The translations under genes were made by a program, and so were the position numbers. The notes below the pieces were generated by a model. The model searched no databases, was not told where the DNA came from, and was given only the letters and a program-made list of their open reading frames with translations. This document shows, one piece after another, positions 50,398 to 59,933 of a stretch of DNA of 64,000 bases; the stretch's first letter is position 1, and each line of letters starts with the position of its first letter. Source of the DNA: an uncultured Actinomycetes bacterium (GTDB lineage: Bacteria > Actinomycetota > UBA4738 > HRBIN12); contig CAWGTU010000002.1 in assembly GCA_963825635.1 (NCBI GenBank), positions 58,638 to 122,637 on the forward strand, read 5' to 3'.

Positions 50398-50884
50398 GCG
50401 CGGCGACGGGCCGAGCCTCGACGAACTCGAGGAGCAGGCCGATGCGGCGGCCGACTTCCTCGAGGAGCTGCTCGCTCGGATGGATATCGACGCGATCGCC
50501 GAGCCCAACCCGCATGAGGGCCACATGTACGTCGACATCGTCGACGGTCCGGAAGAGGACATGTCCCTGCTGATCGGTCGTCATGGACAGACGCTCGAGG
50601 CGATCCAGGAGCTCACACGCATGGTCGTCGGGCGCCGGCTCGACCAGCGGGTGCGGGTGATCGTCGATGTCGAGGACTATCGCAAGCGCAGGGAGGCCCA
50701 GCTCGAGGAGCACGCTCGCGAGCTCGCCGAACGGGTGCGAGAGACCGGTCGGGAGGAAGAACTCGATCCGATGAACTCCTACGAGCGGAAGCTCGTGCAC
50801 GATGCGGTCGCCGACGTCGACGGGGTCGGGACCGAATCGCGGGGCGTCGACCCTGAGCGGTACGTGGTCATCCTTCCGACCTGA
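50387..50884 (+). CDS. Jag/KhpB-like RNA-binding protein (KH + R3H domains)
   Basis: MSLLIGRHGQTLEAIQ (KH) and YERKLVHDAV (R3H). Canonical position after yidC. Confidence 0.8.
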   Translation: MAPERGDGPSLDELEEQADAAADFLEELLARMDIDAIAEPNPHEGHMYVDIVDGPEEDMSLLIGRHGQTLEAIQELTRMVVGRRLDQRVRVIVDVEDYRKRREAQLEEHARELAERVRETGREEELDPMNSYERKLVHDAVADVDGVGTESRGVDPERYVVILPT

Positions 50885-50992
50885 TCGATCGTCCGGCCTG
50901 AACTCCGGCCGACTGACGACCAGCCTCGGGTCCGCCCGTCTTCTCGAACGCGCCGGTGGCGTAGTCTGCCCGAAGCATCCGGACGAGGGGCG

Positions 50993-51010
50993 ATGTTTCA
51001 CGTGAAACAT
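50993..51010. repeat. 18-bp perfect palindrome ATGTTTCACGTGAAACAT spanning the rsmG start codon
   Basis: Read directly from the sequence. It is its own reverse complement, with a core CACGTG E-box. Confidence 0.9.
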
Positions 51011-51598
51011 GAGGGTTGGGCGGTCACGGCGTCTCTCGGAGTCGATCTGGACGGCCCTGCCATCGAGCGCCTCGAGCGGTTCGAACGGCGGCTCCGCGAG
51101 AAGGGAGCGCCGATGGGGATGGTCGCCTCGTCCGACCTCCCGCGACTCCGGGAACGCCACATCCTCGATTGTCTCAGGGGAGCTCCCCTGCTACCCGAGA
51201 GCGGGACCGTCTGTGACATGGGCTCCGGGGCTGGCTTGCCGGGGATCGTCCTGGCCATCGCGCGTCCCAACCTACGCTTCGTTCTGGTCGAGGTACGGCG
51301 TAGCCGGGCGAGCTTCCTCGAAGAGGCGACCGCTGGCCTCGAGAACGTGGTCGTGCATGGACGGCGTCTGGAGACGTTCAGGGAGTCGGTCGAGGCGTGT
51401 ACCGCGAGGGCGTTCGCCCCGCCCCTGAAGTCGTGGGAGGCGGCCGAGCGCCTGCTCGGGCCGTCCGGCCATCTGATCTACTGGGCGGGTGCCACGTTCG
51501 ATGCTGGGAACGATCTGCCGATCGGGGTATCTGGAAGGCTTTTCACGACGCCTGCGCTTGCACGCTCGGGTCCGCTGGTTATCATGACCCGGCAGTGA
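50993..51598 (+). CDS. rsmG: 16S rRNA (guanine527-N7)-methyltransferase RsmG (GidB)
   Basis: RHILDCL…MGSGAGLPGIVLAI (SAM-binding motif). The N-terminal length fits actinobacterial GidB. Confidence 0.8.
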   Translation: MFHVKHEGWAVTASLGVDLDGPAIERLERFERRLREKGAPMGMVASSDLPRLRERHILDCLRGAPLLPESGTVCDMGSGAGLPGIVLAIARPNLRFVLVEVRRSRASFLEEATAGLENVVVHGRRLETFRESVEACTARAFAPPLKSWEAAERLLGPSGHLIYWAGATFDAGNDLPIGVSGRLFTTPALARSGPLVIMTRQ

Positions 51599-53096
51599 CC
51601 AAGGCTTCCGCCGGCGCCGGCGCCGCCCAGGGCACCTCTCCTCGCTCGAGTTCCAGGGGCGGTTCGTCCACCGCATCCAGCGCCAAGCACCGCAAACGAG
51701 AGAAGAAGAAGCCCATCCCCATTCCCCCGGAAACCCCAGGCATCGCCCGCGTGATCGCGATCGCGAACCAGAAGGGCGGCGTGGGCAAGAGCACGACTGC
51801 GGTCAGCCTCGGAGCGTCCCTCGCCGATCTCGGGTATCGGGTCCTGGTGGTCGACCTGGACCCTCAAGGGAACGCATCGACCGGACTGGGGATCCGGCAC
51901 GAGGCCCGCGAGATCACGGTGTATGACGTCATCGTGTCGGAGGCATCGGTAGACGACGCGATCGTGAGGACCCCCGTACCGCACCTGTCGGCGCTCCCCT
52001 CGACGATCGATCTGGCAGGAGCCGAGATCGAACTCGTCAGCCAGTTCTCACGTGAGACGCGCCTGAAGAAGGCCCTCGCGACGATCCGCGAGGGCGTGTA
52101 CGACTTCATCCTCGTCGACTGCCCGCCCTCGCTCGGCCTGCTGACGATCAACGCGCTCACGGCCGCAGAGGAGCTGATCGTGCCGATCCAGTGCGAGTAC
52201 TACGCGCTCGAGGGCCTCGGGCAGCTCCTGCGCAACGTCTCGCTCGTGCAGCAGAACATCAACCCGGGGCTTCGGTTGTCGGGCATCGTGATGACGATGT
52301 TCGATCCGCGGACGAAGCTGTCCGAGCAGGTCGTCGAGGAGGTCAGGCGGTACTTCGGCGAGCTGGTCTACGACGTCATCATCCCGAGGACGGTTCGGCT
52401 CTCCGAGGCGCCGGGATTCGGTCAACCGATCACGGTGTACGATCCGAGGTCCAAGGGCGCCGCCAGCTATCGGGAGCTCGGCCGGGAGGTGGCGCTCCGA
52501 CCTCCGCCGAGCGAGCCCATGCCGAGCTTCGACGACCTCCCTACGGTCGTCGTGCCCGCGATCGACGCCTCCCCCGCTCCCGTCGAGCCCCTCAAGGAGG
52601 ACGAGCTCGGCGAGGTGCCGATGGTGCACGACCTGCCCGAGCCCGAGCCCGACCGAACCCGAGCCCGAGCCAGAACCCGAGCCAGAACCCGAGCCCGAAC
52701 CGGCCCGAGCCAGAACCCGAGCCCGAGCCGAACCCGAGCCCGAACCGGCCCGAGCCAGAACCCGAGCCAGAACCCGAATCCGAAACGGAACGGCCCGCTC
52801 CGGCTCCTCCCGCGGCTCTCGACGAGGAAGACGTGTGGGAGGACGCAGATGCCTCGCCCGAGCCGCCACGGGTTGCGCCGCCGAGCTCTCCTGCTCCACC
52901 CGGGCATCTTCCCGAGCGTCGCGTGGTCGTCATCGACGAGGACGCAGAGCCCGCCGTGCCCACGCAGCCGGCCTCCGCCAACCCCGAGACCGAGCCGCCG
53001 GAAGGCCACGCCGTGGCCGATATCGGCGCCACCCTCGAGGACGACGAGGGCACCCACAAGCGCCGATGGCGACTGTTCCGCAAGGGAGGCCAATGA
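51595..53096 (+). CDS. parA: chromosome partitioning ATPase ParA (Soj) with long acidic Glu-Pro repeat tail; tail frame ambiguous
   Basis: GTG 51595 overlaps the rsmG stop. Deviant Walker A KGGVGKSTTAV. A GAGCCC/GAACCC repeat region lies at 52638–52790. The ParA frame runs into an Arg-rich shadow sequence, whereas the -1 frame gives a protein-like acidic tail ending at TGA 53096 on the parB start. Confidence 0.75.
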
Positions 53097-53989
53097 TGTC
53101 GAAACGAGGTGGTCTGGGGCGGGGCCTGTCCGCGTTGATCCCGGGGGCACCCGAGGCCGGTGAGGGGATCTCGGGACTGCTGGAGGTTCCCGTGAATGCC
53201 GTGATGCCCAATCCGAAGCAGCCCCGGACCCGTTGGGACGAGGAGGAGATCAAGGCGCTCGCCGCCTCGATCACGGAGGTCGGCATCCTGCAACCGATCG
53301 TGGTCCGGCGCTCCGGGGAGGACGGCTACGAGCTCGTGGCGGGCGAGCGCCGGTTGCGGGCTGCGAAGGTGGCGGGCCTCGCCACGGTGCCGGTCGTGCT
53401 GCGCGACACGGAGGACGCGGATCTCCTGCGGGAAGCATTGATCGAGAACATCCATCGACAGGACCTCGGGCCGATCGAGCTCGCCGAGGCGTTCCGGCAG
53501 CTGCTCGAAGACCTCGGGCTCAAGCAGGAGGAGCTGGCCGATCGGGTCGGTGTGTCACGGTCACACATCGCGAATACGATCCGTCTGCTGCAGCTCCCCC
53601 TCGAGACCCAGCAGCTCCTCACCGATGCCAGGATCCAGGCGGGACATGCACGGGCGCTGCTGGCCCTCGGTGACGCCGACGCCGTGAACACCCTCGCCCT
53701 CAGGGTCGCCGCGGAGGATCTCTCCGTACGCGAGACCGAGGATCTCGTCCGGCGTTACCTCGAGCCACCACCCGAGGCCGAGGCAACGACGGATGTCGCC
53801 ACCACTCCGGCCACCGACACCGGCATGGCCGAGGTGGAGGAGATCTTGTCCGAGCAGCTCGCCACCCGGGTCCAGATCCAGTACGGGAAGAAGCGGGGGC
53901 GTGTGATCATCGAGTTCGGTTCGGTCGACGACCTCGAGCGTATCGTCTCGGAGATCGTCGGATCGGGGCCAGGGCTCTCGCCCGAGTGA
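53096..53989 (+). CDS. parB: chromosome partitioning protein ParB
   Basis: GLGRGLSALI, ParB box (VVRR…GERRLRAAK) and an HTH. An AAGGGAGG ribosome-binding site lies upstream. ATGATG start (53093/53096). Confidence 0.9.
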   Translation: MSKRGGLGRGLSALIPGAPEAGEGISGLLEVPVNAVMPNPKQPRTRWDEEEIKALAASITEVGILQPIVVRRSGEDGYELVAGERRLRAAKVAGLATVPVVLRDTEDADLLREALIENIHRQDLGPIELAEAFRQLLEDLGLKQEELADRVGVSRSHIANTIRLLQLPLETQQLLTDARIQAGHARALLALGDADAVNTLALRVAAEDLSVRETEDLVRRYLEPPPEAEATTDVATTPATDTGMAEVEEILSEQLATRVQIQYGKKRGRVIIEFGSVDDLERIVSEIVGSGPGLSPE

Positions 53990-54014
53990 TCCGCCCCGGT
54001 CGTCTGCCGATGGT

Positions 54015-54959
54015 TCAACCTCCGACCGAGCGCGTCGCTGCCGACTGGATGACCGCGTCACACAACTGTGCCAACCCCATCCCCGCGGCGTTGGCTCCCA
54101 TCGGAAGCAGGCTGGTCTCGGTCATGCCGGGTGAGACGCACACCTCCAGCACCCACGGGACGCCGTCGCGGTCGACGATCATGTCGACCCTGGTCACGTC
54201 GCGGAGGCCGAGGGCGTCCCAGGCGGCCATGGCGGTGTCGCGACACGCCGCCGTCGCGTCGTCGCCGAGCCGGGCTGGAGTGAAGTACTCGGTCGCTCCC
54301 GCGGTGTAGCGGGCGGCGTAGTCGTACGTGCCACCTTTCGGAACGATCTCGACGGCCGGCAGGCTCTCGCCCGGCGTGCCGATCACGCCGATGGCGACCT
54401 CGGTGCCCACGACCGCAGCCTCGACGACGACTCCCCCACTGAACGACAGGGCCGCCATCACGGCGGCGGGCAGGTCGGACTCCCGCGCGACGGAGCTGAC
54501 CCCCAGGGCGGACCCGCTCCTCGAGGGCTTGACGACGCACGGCAATCCGACCCGTTCGATCGCCCGGCCGAGCGCCGCGCCTGCTCCCAGGTCCCGCAGG
54601 GCCGTGCCCTCGATCGGGGCCCAGGCCGGTGTCCGCACACCGGCGCGGTCGAGGGCGTCCTTGGCGAGCAGCTTGTCGAACGCGATCTCACACTCGAACG
54701 CTGCCGTGCCCGTATGGGCGAGACCCACGAGATCCAAGAGACGCTGCACGGTACCGTCCTCGCCTTCCTTGCCGTGCAGCGTGAGGTAGCAGAGGTCGGG
54801 AGATCGTTCCTGCAGGGCCTCGGCCAGCGAGTGCTCCCCCGGATCGATCAGGACAGCGTCGTGGCCGAGCTCGTGGAGAGCCCCCGTGACGCGGTGGCCT
54901 CCCCGCAGCGACACGTCGCGCTCGGGGGTGCGCCCCCCGGCGAGCACCGCGACGTTCAC
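54015..54959 (-). CDS. ddl: D-alanine--D-alanine ligase family ATP-grasp enzyme
   Basis: Full-length match to the Ddl architecture (…CVVKPSRSGSALGVS…EVAIGVIG…EVCVSPGMTETSLLP…). GTG 54959 overlaps the aminotransferase stop (GTGA). Confidence 0.8.
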   Translation of the reverse strand: MNVAVLAGGRTPERDVSLRGGHRVTGALHELGHDAVLIDPGEHSLAEALQERSPDLCYLTLHGKEGEDGTVQRLLDLVGLAHTGTAAFECEIAFDKLLAKDALDRAGVRTPAWAPIEGTALRDLGAGAALGRAIERVGLPCVVKPSRSGSALGVSSVARESDLPAAVMAALSFSGGVVVEAAVVGTEVAIGVIGTPGESLPAVEIVPKGGTYDYAARYTAGATEYFTPARLGDDATAACRDTAMAAWDALGLRDVTRVDMIVDRDGVPWVLEVCVSPGMTETSLLPMGANAAGMGLAQLCDAVIQSAATRSVGG

Positions 54960-56185
54960 GGGTGCAGGCTCCGGTACAGGGCCTGCTCGTCCTCGAGCAG
55001 GCTGCCGAGCCGGGCGATGCCCTCGCGGATGCGATCCTCGGGCGGGTAACAGAACGCGAGCCGCATCTGATTCCCACCGCGCCCGTCGGGGTAGAAGGCC
55101 GTGCCGGGCACGTATGCCACACGCCGCTCGACGGCCGCCGCGAGCATCGCCCGCGTGTCGAACCAGTCCGGCAAGGTGACCCAGACGTAGAAGCCGCCGG
55201 CGGGATTCGTCCACATCGCGCCGTCCGGGAAGTGCTCGTCGATCGACTCGAGCATCGCGTCTCGCCGCGACCGGTAGATGTCGGTGAGGGCGGCCAGGTT
55301 GCCTCGCCACCGTTCCTCGTCGGCGAAGTAGCGCTCGGTGACGAGCATCGTGAACGAGGAGCCACAGAGATCGGCGGCTTCCTTGGCGAGCACGAGGCGC
55401 TGAACCACCGACTGTTCGGCGAGCGCCCACCCCACGCGGACGCCGGGGGAGAAGACCTTCGAGACCGTCCCGAGGTAGATCACGTTCTCGGGGTCGAGGG
55501 TTCGCAGGGCGGGGAGCGGGGTGCCCTCGAAGCGAAGCATGCCGTAGGGGTTGTCCTCGACGATCGGGATGCCCGCCTCGCGGCACAGCGAGACGAGCTG
55601 TTCCCGCCGCGTGTATGATAGCGTCACACCGCCTGGATTGCCGAAGTTCGGGCATGTGTAGACGAACTTCGGCCGCTCGCCTCTCACCAGCGCCTCCTCG
55701 AGTTGATCGACGATCATGCCGTCGTCGTCGATCTCGATCTGCAGATAGCGCGGTTCGTATTGGCCGAAGGCGGTCAGGGCGCCCACGTAGGCCGGCGCCT
55801 CGACCGCGATCAGGTCCGAGGGGTCGATGAAGATCTTGCCGACGAGGTCGAGCGCCTGTTGGGCGCCGGTGGTGACCACCATGTCCTCGGGATCGCCGTC
55901 GACGTCCTCGGCAGCCATCAACTCGACGAGTCGCTCCCGCAGTCCGAGGTGCCCCTGACCCCCGCCGTACTGCAGCGACATCGCTCCGTGCTCGGCGAGC
56001 ACGCCCCGGACGACGTCGAGCACATCGTCTGTGGGCAGGGCCTGCACGAACGGCATGCCGCCCGCGAGCGATACCACCTCAGGACGTGACGCCACGGCGA
56101 ACAACGCCCGTACCTCCGAGGCGGACATGCCCGATGTGCGGTGGGCGTACAGGTCGACGAAGCGATCGATCGAGAACTCGGCCAT
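54956..56185 (-). CDS. PLP-dependent aminotransferase (class I/II fold, 2-aminoadipate/MocR-like subgroup)
   Basis: 409 aa with SKVFSPGVRVGW, the PLP-Lys motif region. Translationally coupled to the ddl homologue. Confidence 0.75.
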   Translation of the reverse strand: MAEFSIDRFVDLYAHRTSGMSASEVRALFAVASRPEVVSLAGGMPFVQALPTDDVLDVVRGVLAEHGAMSLQYGGGQGHLGLRERLVELMAAEDVDGDPEDMVVTTGAQQALDLVGKIFIDPSDLIAVEAPAYVGALTAFGQYEPRYLQIEIDDDGMIVDQLEEALVRGERPKFVYTCPNFGNPGGVTLSYTRREQLVSLCREAGIPIVEDNPYGMLRFEGTPLPALRTLDPENVIYLGTVSKVFSPGVRVGWALAEQSVVQRLVLAKEAADLCGSSFTMLVTERYFADEERWRGNLAALTDIYRSRRDAMLESIDEHFPDGAMWTNPAGGFYVWVTLPDWFDTRAMLAAAVERRVAYVPGTAFYPDGRGGNQMRLAFCYPPEDRIREGIARLGSLLEDEQALYRSLHP

Positions 56186-56259
56186 GGGAAGGTCCTCAGG
56201 CTAGCATCGGCGTCTCGCGCGGCCGGCAGGAGCGCCGATCACGGGCGCCCGGGAGCCGG

Positions 56260-57219
56260 TCAGTCTTCCACCTGGGGGAACACCCGCTCGGCGAGCACCT
56301 CGAGCATCTCCAGGTCGTCGAAGAGCTCGTGGTTCAGCATGATGCGTTGCACCCCGGCGGCCGCGTAGGCGCTCAGGCGCTCGACGGCCTGGTCGACCGA
56401 TCCGACGACACAGTGTGCCCGCAGTTCGTCCAGTTCGTCCTCGAACCTCGCCGCCCGCATCGCGCGCGCGCGAGCCTGCTCGATCACCCGCATCGCATCC
56501 CGCTCGGTCTCACCCACGTAGCACCATGTCATCACCGATGTCGTGAGCGTCGCTTGGTCGCGGCCGTCGGCGTCGAGTCGGTCCCGCACCCTGCCGAACC
56601 GGTCGCGAGCCTGCTCCGGTGAGGCCCCCACGGTGTTGAACTCGTCGGCCCAACGCGAGACGAGGGCGCCGACCCGCGGACCGCCGTTGCCGCCGACCAC
56701 GATCGGTGGATGCGGCGCCTGCACGCCTTTGGGAGCGAAGGGTGCCGCGTCGAGCTCATGATGCTTGCCGTGGAAGGAGAAGCGATCCTCCGTCAAGAGT
56801 CCGTGCACGATCTCGAGTTGCTCCTCGAGCATGTCGAACCGGGTGGGCGCATCGGGGAACGGGAACCCGTGGGTTCGGTGCTCCTCCTCCCACCACCCCG
56901 CGCCCATGCCGATCTCGACCCTGCCCTCGCTGATCCGATCGACCGTGACCGCCGCCTTGGCCAGCACCGCCGGCTGGCGGAACGTGACGGGGGAGACCAT
57001 CGTGCCGAGCCGGATCGTCTCGGTCGACGCCGCGAGCGCCGCGAGCGTCGTCCACGCATCGGAGGACCCTCGGTCGCGATCGCGATGACGGATCACGCTC
57101 AAGTAGTGATCGGATGTGAAGATCGCCTCGAACCCCAACCGTTCCGCCGTGCGCGCCGCCGCGAGCCAGTCGGGCCACGTCACGCCTTCCTGTCCCTCGA
57201 GCATCAGGCAGAAGCGCAT
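56260..57219 (-). CDS. LLM-class (luciferase-like) flavin/F420-dependent oxidoreductase
   Basis: MRFCLMLEGQEG…FTSDHY…GMGAGW is typical of LLM/F420-dependent oxidoreductases. ATG 57219. Confidence 0.75.
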   Translation of the reverse strand: MRFCLMLEGQEGVTWPDWLAAARTAERLGFEAIFTSDHYLSVIRHRDRDRGSSDAWTTLAALAASTETIRLGTMVSPVTFRQPAVLAKAAVTVDRISEGRVEIGMGAGWWEEEHRTHGFPFPDAPTRFDMLEEQLEIVHGLLTEDRFSFHGKHHELDAAPFAPKGVQAPHPPIVVGGNGGPRVGALVSRWADEFNTVGASPEQARDRFGRVRDRLDADGRDQATLTTSVMTWCYVGETERDAMRVIEQARARAMRAARFEDELDELRAHCVVGSVDQAVERLSAYAAAGVQRIMLNHELFDDLEMLEVLAERVFPQVED

Positions 57220-57367
57220 CGGCGCGTAGCATAGCCCGCGATGTCGCACGACCCGCCGGCACCGACGCCCGTTCCACTCGACCCCTCGCGCCGCCACCCG
57301 ACAGAGCGGGAACGCGCGATGAGGGCGGCGGTCGTCGGTGTCGGGCTCGGACTGATCCTGTGGCTCG

Positions 57368-58432
57368 TCAGTCGGCGAAGAAGCGCCTGACACCGGCCGC
57401 GACCGCTCGACCGACGCGCTCGGCGAAGACGGGATCCCCGATCAGTGCAGCCTCGCGTTCGTTCGTGATGAAGGCGGGCTCGACCTGCACGGCGGGCATG
57501 CGAGTCTCACGGAGCATCGATACGGCGAGGCGCTGCAAGCGGCCCCGAGCGCCGAGCGCCGCCTCGAGCTCCTCCAGGATCAGCTGGGCCAGCAGCATGC
57601 CGGCGGGCGAGTGGGTCTGGTCGCTGCCGAAGTACGACACGGTGGGTCCAGACGCCTCGGGCAGGCCGCTCGCAAGCTCGATCGAGACGCACATCGACGC
57701 GCTCATGTCGTTGGCGACCCTGGCCCGCTCGGTGGGACCGAGCGGCTCGCCTCGTCCCCGGAGCAGTGACGGTTTCGCGCCCATCGCCGACAGCTCGTCG
57801 CGGAGTGCCTCGGCGACCGAGTACGTGCAGGCACTCCCGGGCTCACCCGGGTCGCCGGGATCGATCGCGAGGACCTGGGCCTCGATCGAGGTGCGCATCT
57901 GCCGGAGTTCCTCCTCCTCGCGGACCAGCGCCCGACTCGGGCCGGACTCGATCGGACGCATCCGCTCGAGCGTCGCGATCGCATGCAGGCCCGCGATGCC
58001 GTCGGGTTCCTCCCCGACGTTGCGTTGGAAGTCGCGCATCGCCCGATCCGTGTTCACCCCGAACATGCCGTCCTCGCGGCCCGCGTCGAAACCGAGGGCG
58101 TTCAGCTTGCGCTGCAAGGCTCGGACGTCGTCGCCTCGGAAGAACGGCGAGTGCAGGTACAGGGTGCGATCGCCGAGTCGGTACCCGGCCTCAACGAGTT
58201 GACCCCATGTGTCGGGCCCCACCAGGCCGTCGACCCTCAGGCTGCGTCGAGCCTGGAAGGCGCGCACGGCCGCATCCGTCGATGCCCCGAAGCGCCCATC
58301 GCGCTCCTCGGCCTCGATCGGGAGGTCGAGTCCGCACAGGCGTTCCTGGATGTCGCCGACCTCCGGGCCCTCGTCACCGAGGTGGTAGATGCGCACGCGA
58401 CGAGTCTGCGCCGTGGGCCTGCGCGGCGGCAA
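57368..58432 (-). CDS. N-acetylmuramoyl-L-alanine amidase with two peptidoglycan-binding domains (CwlM-like)
   Basis: Two PG_binding_1-like repeats (DIQERLCGL…, DVRALQRKLNALGF…) plus an amidase_3-like C-terminus. Its position next to trxA/trxB parallels Rv3915. Confidence 0.7.
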   Translation of the reverse strand: MPPRRPTAQTRRVRIYHLGDEGPEVGDIQERLCGLDLPIEAEERDGRFGASTDAAVRAFQARRSLRVDGLVGPDTWGQLVEAGYRLGDRTLYLHSPFFRGDDVRALQRKLNALGFDAGREDGMFGVNTDRAMRDFQRNVGEEPDGIAGLHAIATLERMRPIESGPSRALVREEEELRQMRTSIEAQVLAIDPGDPGEPGSACTYSVAEALRDELSAMGAKPSLLRGRGEPLGPTERARVANDMSASMCVSIELASGLPEASGPTVSYFGSDQTHSPAGMLLAQLILEELEAALGARGRLQRLAVSMLRETRMPAVQVEPAFITNEREAALIGDPVFAERVGRAVAAGVRRFFAD

Positions 58433-58505
58433 CCGCCGGGTGGGGGAGGACCGAGGGCGGTCTCGCCCTACAGAGCCTGAGCGCCCACGGTCGCCCTGGA
58501 AGCCG

Positions 58506-58832
58506 TCAGGCCAGGTGAGGCTCGATGTCGCGCAGGATCGCTTCCTTCGGCTTCGCGCCGATCACACGCGCGACCTCCTGGCCGCCCTTGAACAGGATCA
58601 GGCTCGGGATGCTCATCACGCCGTAGGTCCGGGTCGCTTGCGGATTCTCGTCGATGTTGAGCTTCACGACCTTGAGGGTCTCGCCCTTGTCCTGGCCGAT
58701 CTCCTCGACCACCGGCGAGACCATGTGGCAGGGCACGCACCACTCCGCCCAGAAGTCCACGAGCACGGGGGTCTCGGAGTCCAGGACCGAGGTCTGGAAC
58801 TCCTGGTCGGTCACGCTGTTCGTCGTCGCCAT
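58506..58832 (-). CDS. trxA: thioredoxin
   Basis: PVLVDFWAEWCVPCHM active site (a WCVPC variant of WCGPC) in a thioredoxin fold. ATG 58832. Confidence 0.85.
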   Translation of the reverse strand: MATTNSVTDQEFQTSVLDSETPVLVDFWAEWCVPCHMVSPVVEEIGQDKGETLKVVKLNIDENPQATRTYGVMSIPSLILFKGGQEVARVIGAKPKEAILRDIEPHLA

Positions 58833-58925
58833 CGTCGCTCTCCTCGTCGGTGATGCCTCGCCGTCGTTCGGCTTCGGTCCGCCGAGACGTGCAACGCCCA
58901 CACGCCTCTACGGGATTCCCAGGGC

Positions 58926-59864
58926 TCAACCCTGCGCGTGAGCAAGCTCCTCGAGGAACCGCTCGGCGTCGATCGCCGCCTTGCAGCCCTGCCCGGCGGC
59001 CGTGACCGCCTGCTTGTAGATCGTGTCGGTGACATCGCCGGCGGCGAAGACGCCGGGCACGCTGGTGTGCGTTCGTGGCTCCCGCACCAGGACGTATCCG
59101 TTCTCGTCGAGCTCCAGCTGACCTGTGAACAAGGAGGTGTTGGGATCGTGCCCGATCGCCATGAACACCCCGTCGGTCGGCATCTCGCGCTCCTCGTCCG
59201 TCACCGTGTCGCGCAGGCGCACACCGGTCACGGCGCCCTCGCCCAGGATCTCCATGATCGTCGCGTTCCAGATCACGTCGATCTTCGAGTTGGCGAGCGC
59301 GCGCTCCTGCATGATCTTCGAGGCGCGGAACTCGTCGCGACGATGCACGATCGTCACCTTCGATGCGAACTTCGTGAGGAACGTCGCCTCCTCCATCGCG
59401 GAGTCGCCCCCGCCGACGACCACGAGCTCGCGGTCGCGGAAGAAGAACCCGTCGCAGGTCGCGCACGCGCTCACGCCCCGCCCTCGAAGCTGCTCTTCAC
59501 CCGGCACGTCGAGCCACCGAGCGCTCGCCCCGGTCGAGATGATCACCGTCCGCGCCCGCCAGGCCTGGTCCCCTGCCTTCACCGCGAAAGGACGGCTCGA
59601 CAGATCGACCTCGGTGGCGTGCACGGGCAGGATCTCCGCTCCGAAGCGTGCGGCCTGCTTCTCGAACCGCTCCATCAGCTCGGGTCCCATCAGGCCGTCG
59701 GGGAACCCCGGGTAGTTCTCGACGTCGGTCGTCAGCATGAGCTGACCGCCCGCATCGAGCCCCTTGAGCACCAGGGGTTCCAGGTTCGCCCGGCCGGCGT
59801 AGAGGGCGGCCGTGTAGCCGGCCGGACCCGACCCGATCACGATCACGTCGCGCTCGTCACTCAT
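58926..59864 (-). CDS. trxB: thioredoxin-disulfide reductase
   Basis: [17 protein letters not shown] motif, redox-active CATCDG and an NADPH site. ATG 59864. Confidence 0.9.
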   Translation of the reverse strand: MSDERDVIVIGSGPAGYTAALYAGRANLEPLVLKGLDAGGQLMLTTDVENYPGFPDGLMGPELMERFEKQAARFGAEILPVHATEVDLSSRPFAVKAGDQAWRARTVIISTGASARWLDVPGEEQLRGRGVSACATCDGFFFRDRELVVVGGGDSAMEEATFLTKFASKVTIVHRRDEFRASKIMQERALANSKIDVIWNATIMEILGEGAVTGVRLRDTVTDEEREMPTDGVFMAIGHDPNTSLFTGQLELDENGYVLVREPRTHTSVPGVFAAGDVTDTIYKQAVTAAGQGCKAAIDAERFLEELAHAQG

Positions 59865-59933
59865 CGTTCGCAAATCCTCCCACAGCCAGGAACGCTCGCG
59901 CATTCCCGAGCATGCCCGTTCCGGTTCGAACGG

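Noticed and set aside
52191-53096. Separate acidic Glu-Pro-rich ORF inside parA
   Set aside because: It is more parsimoniously the true C-terminal tail of ParA displaced by a 1-nt indel in the repeat tract. The case is reported as a finding rather than a gene.
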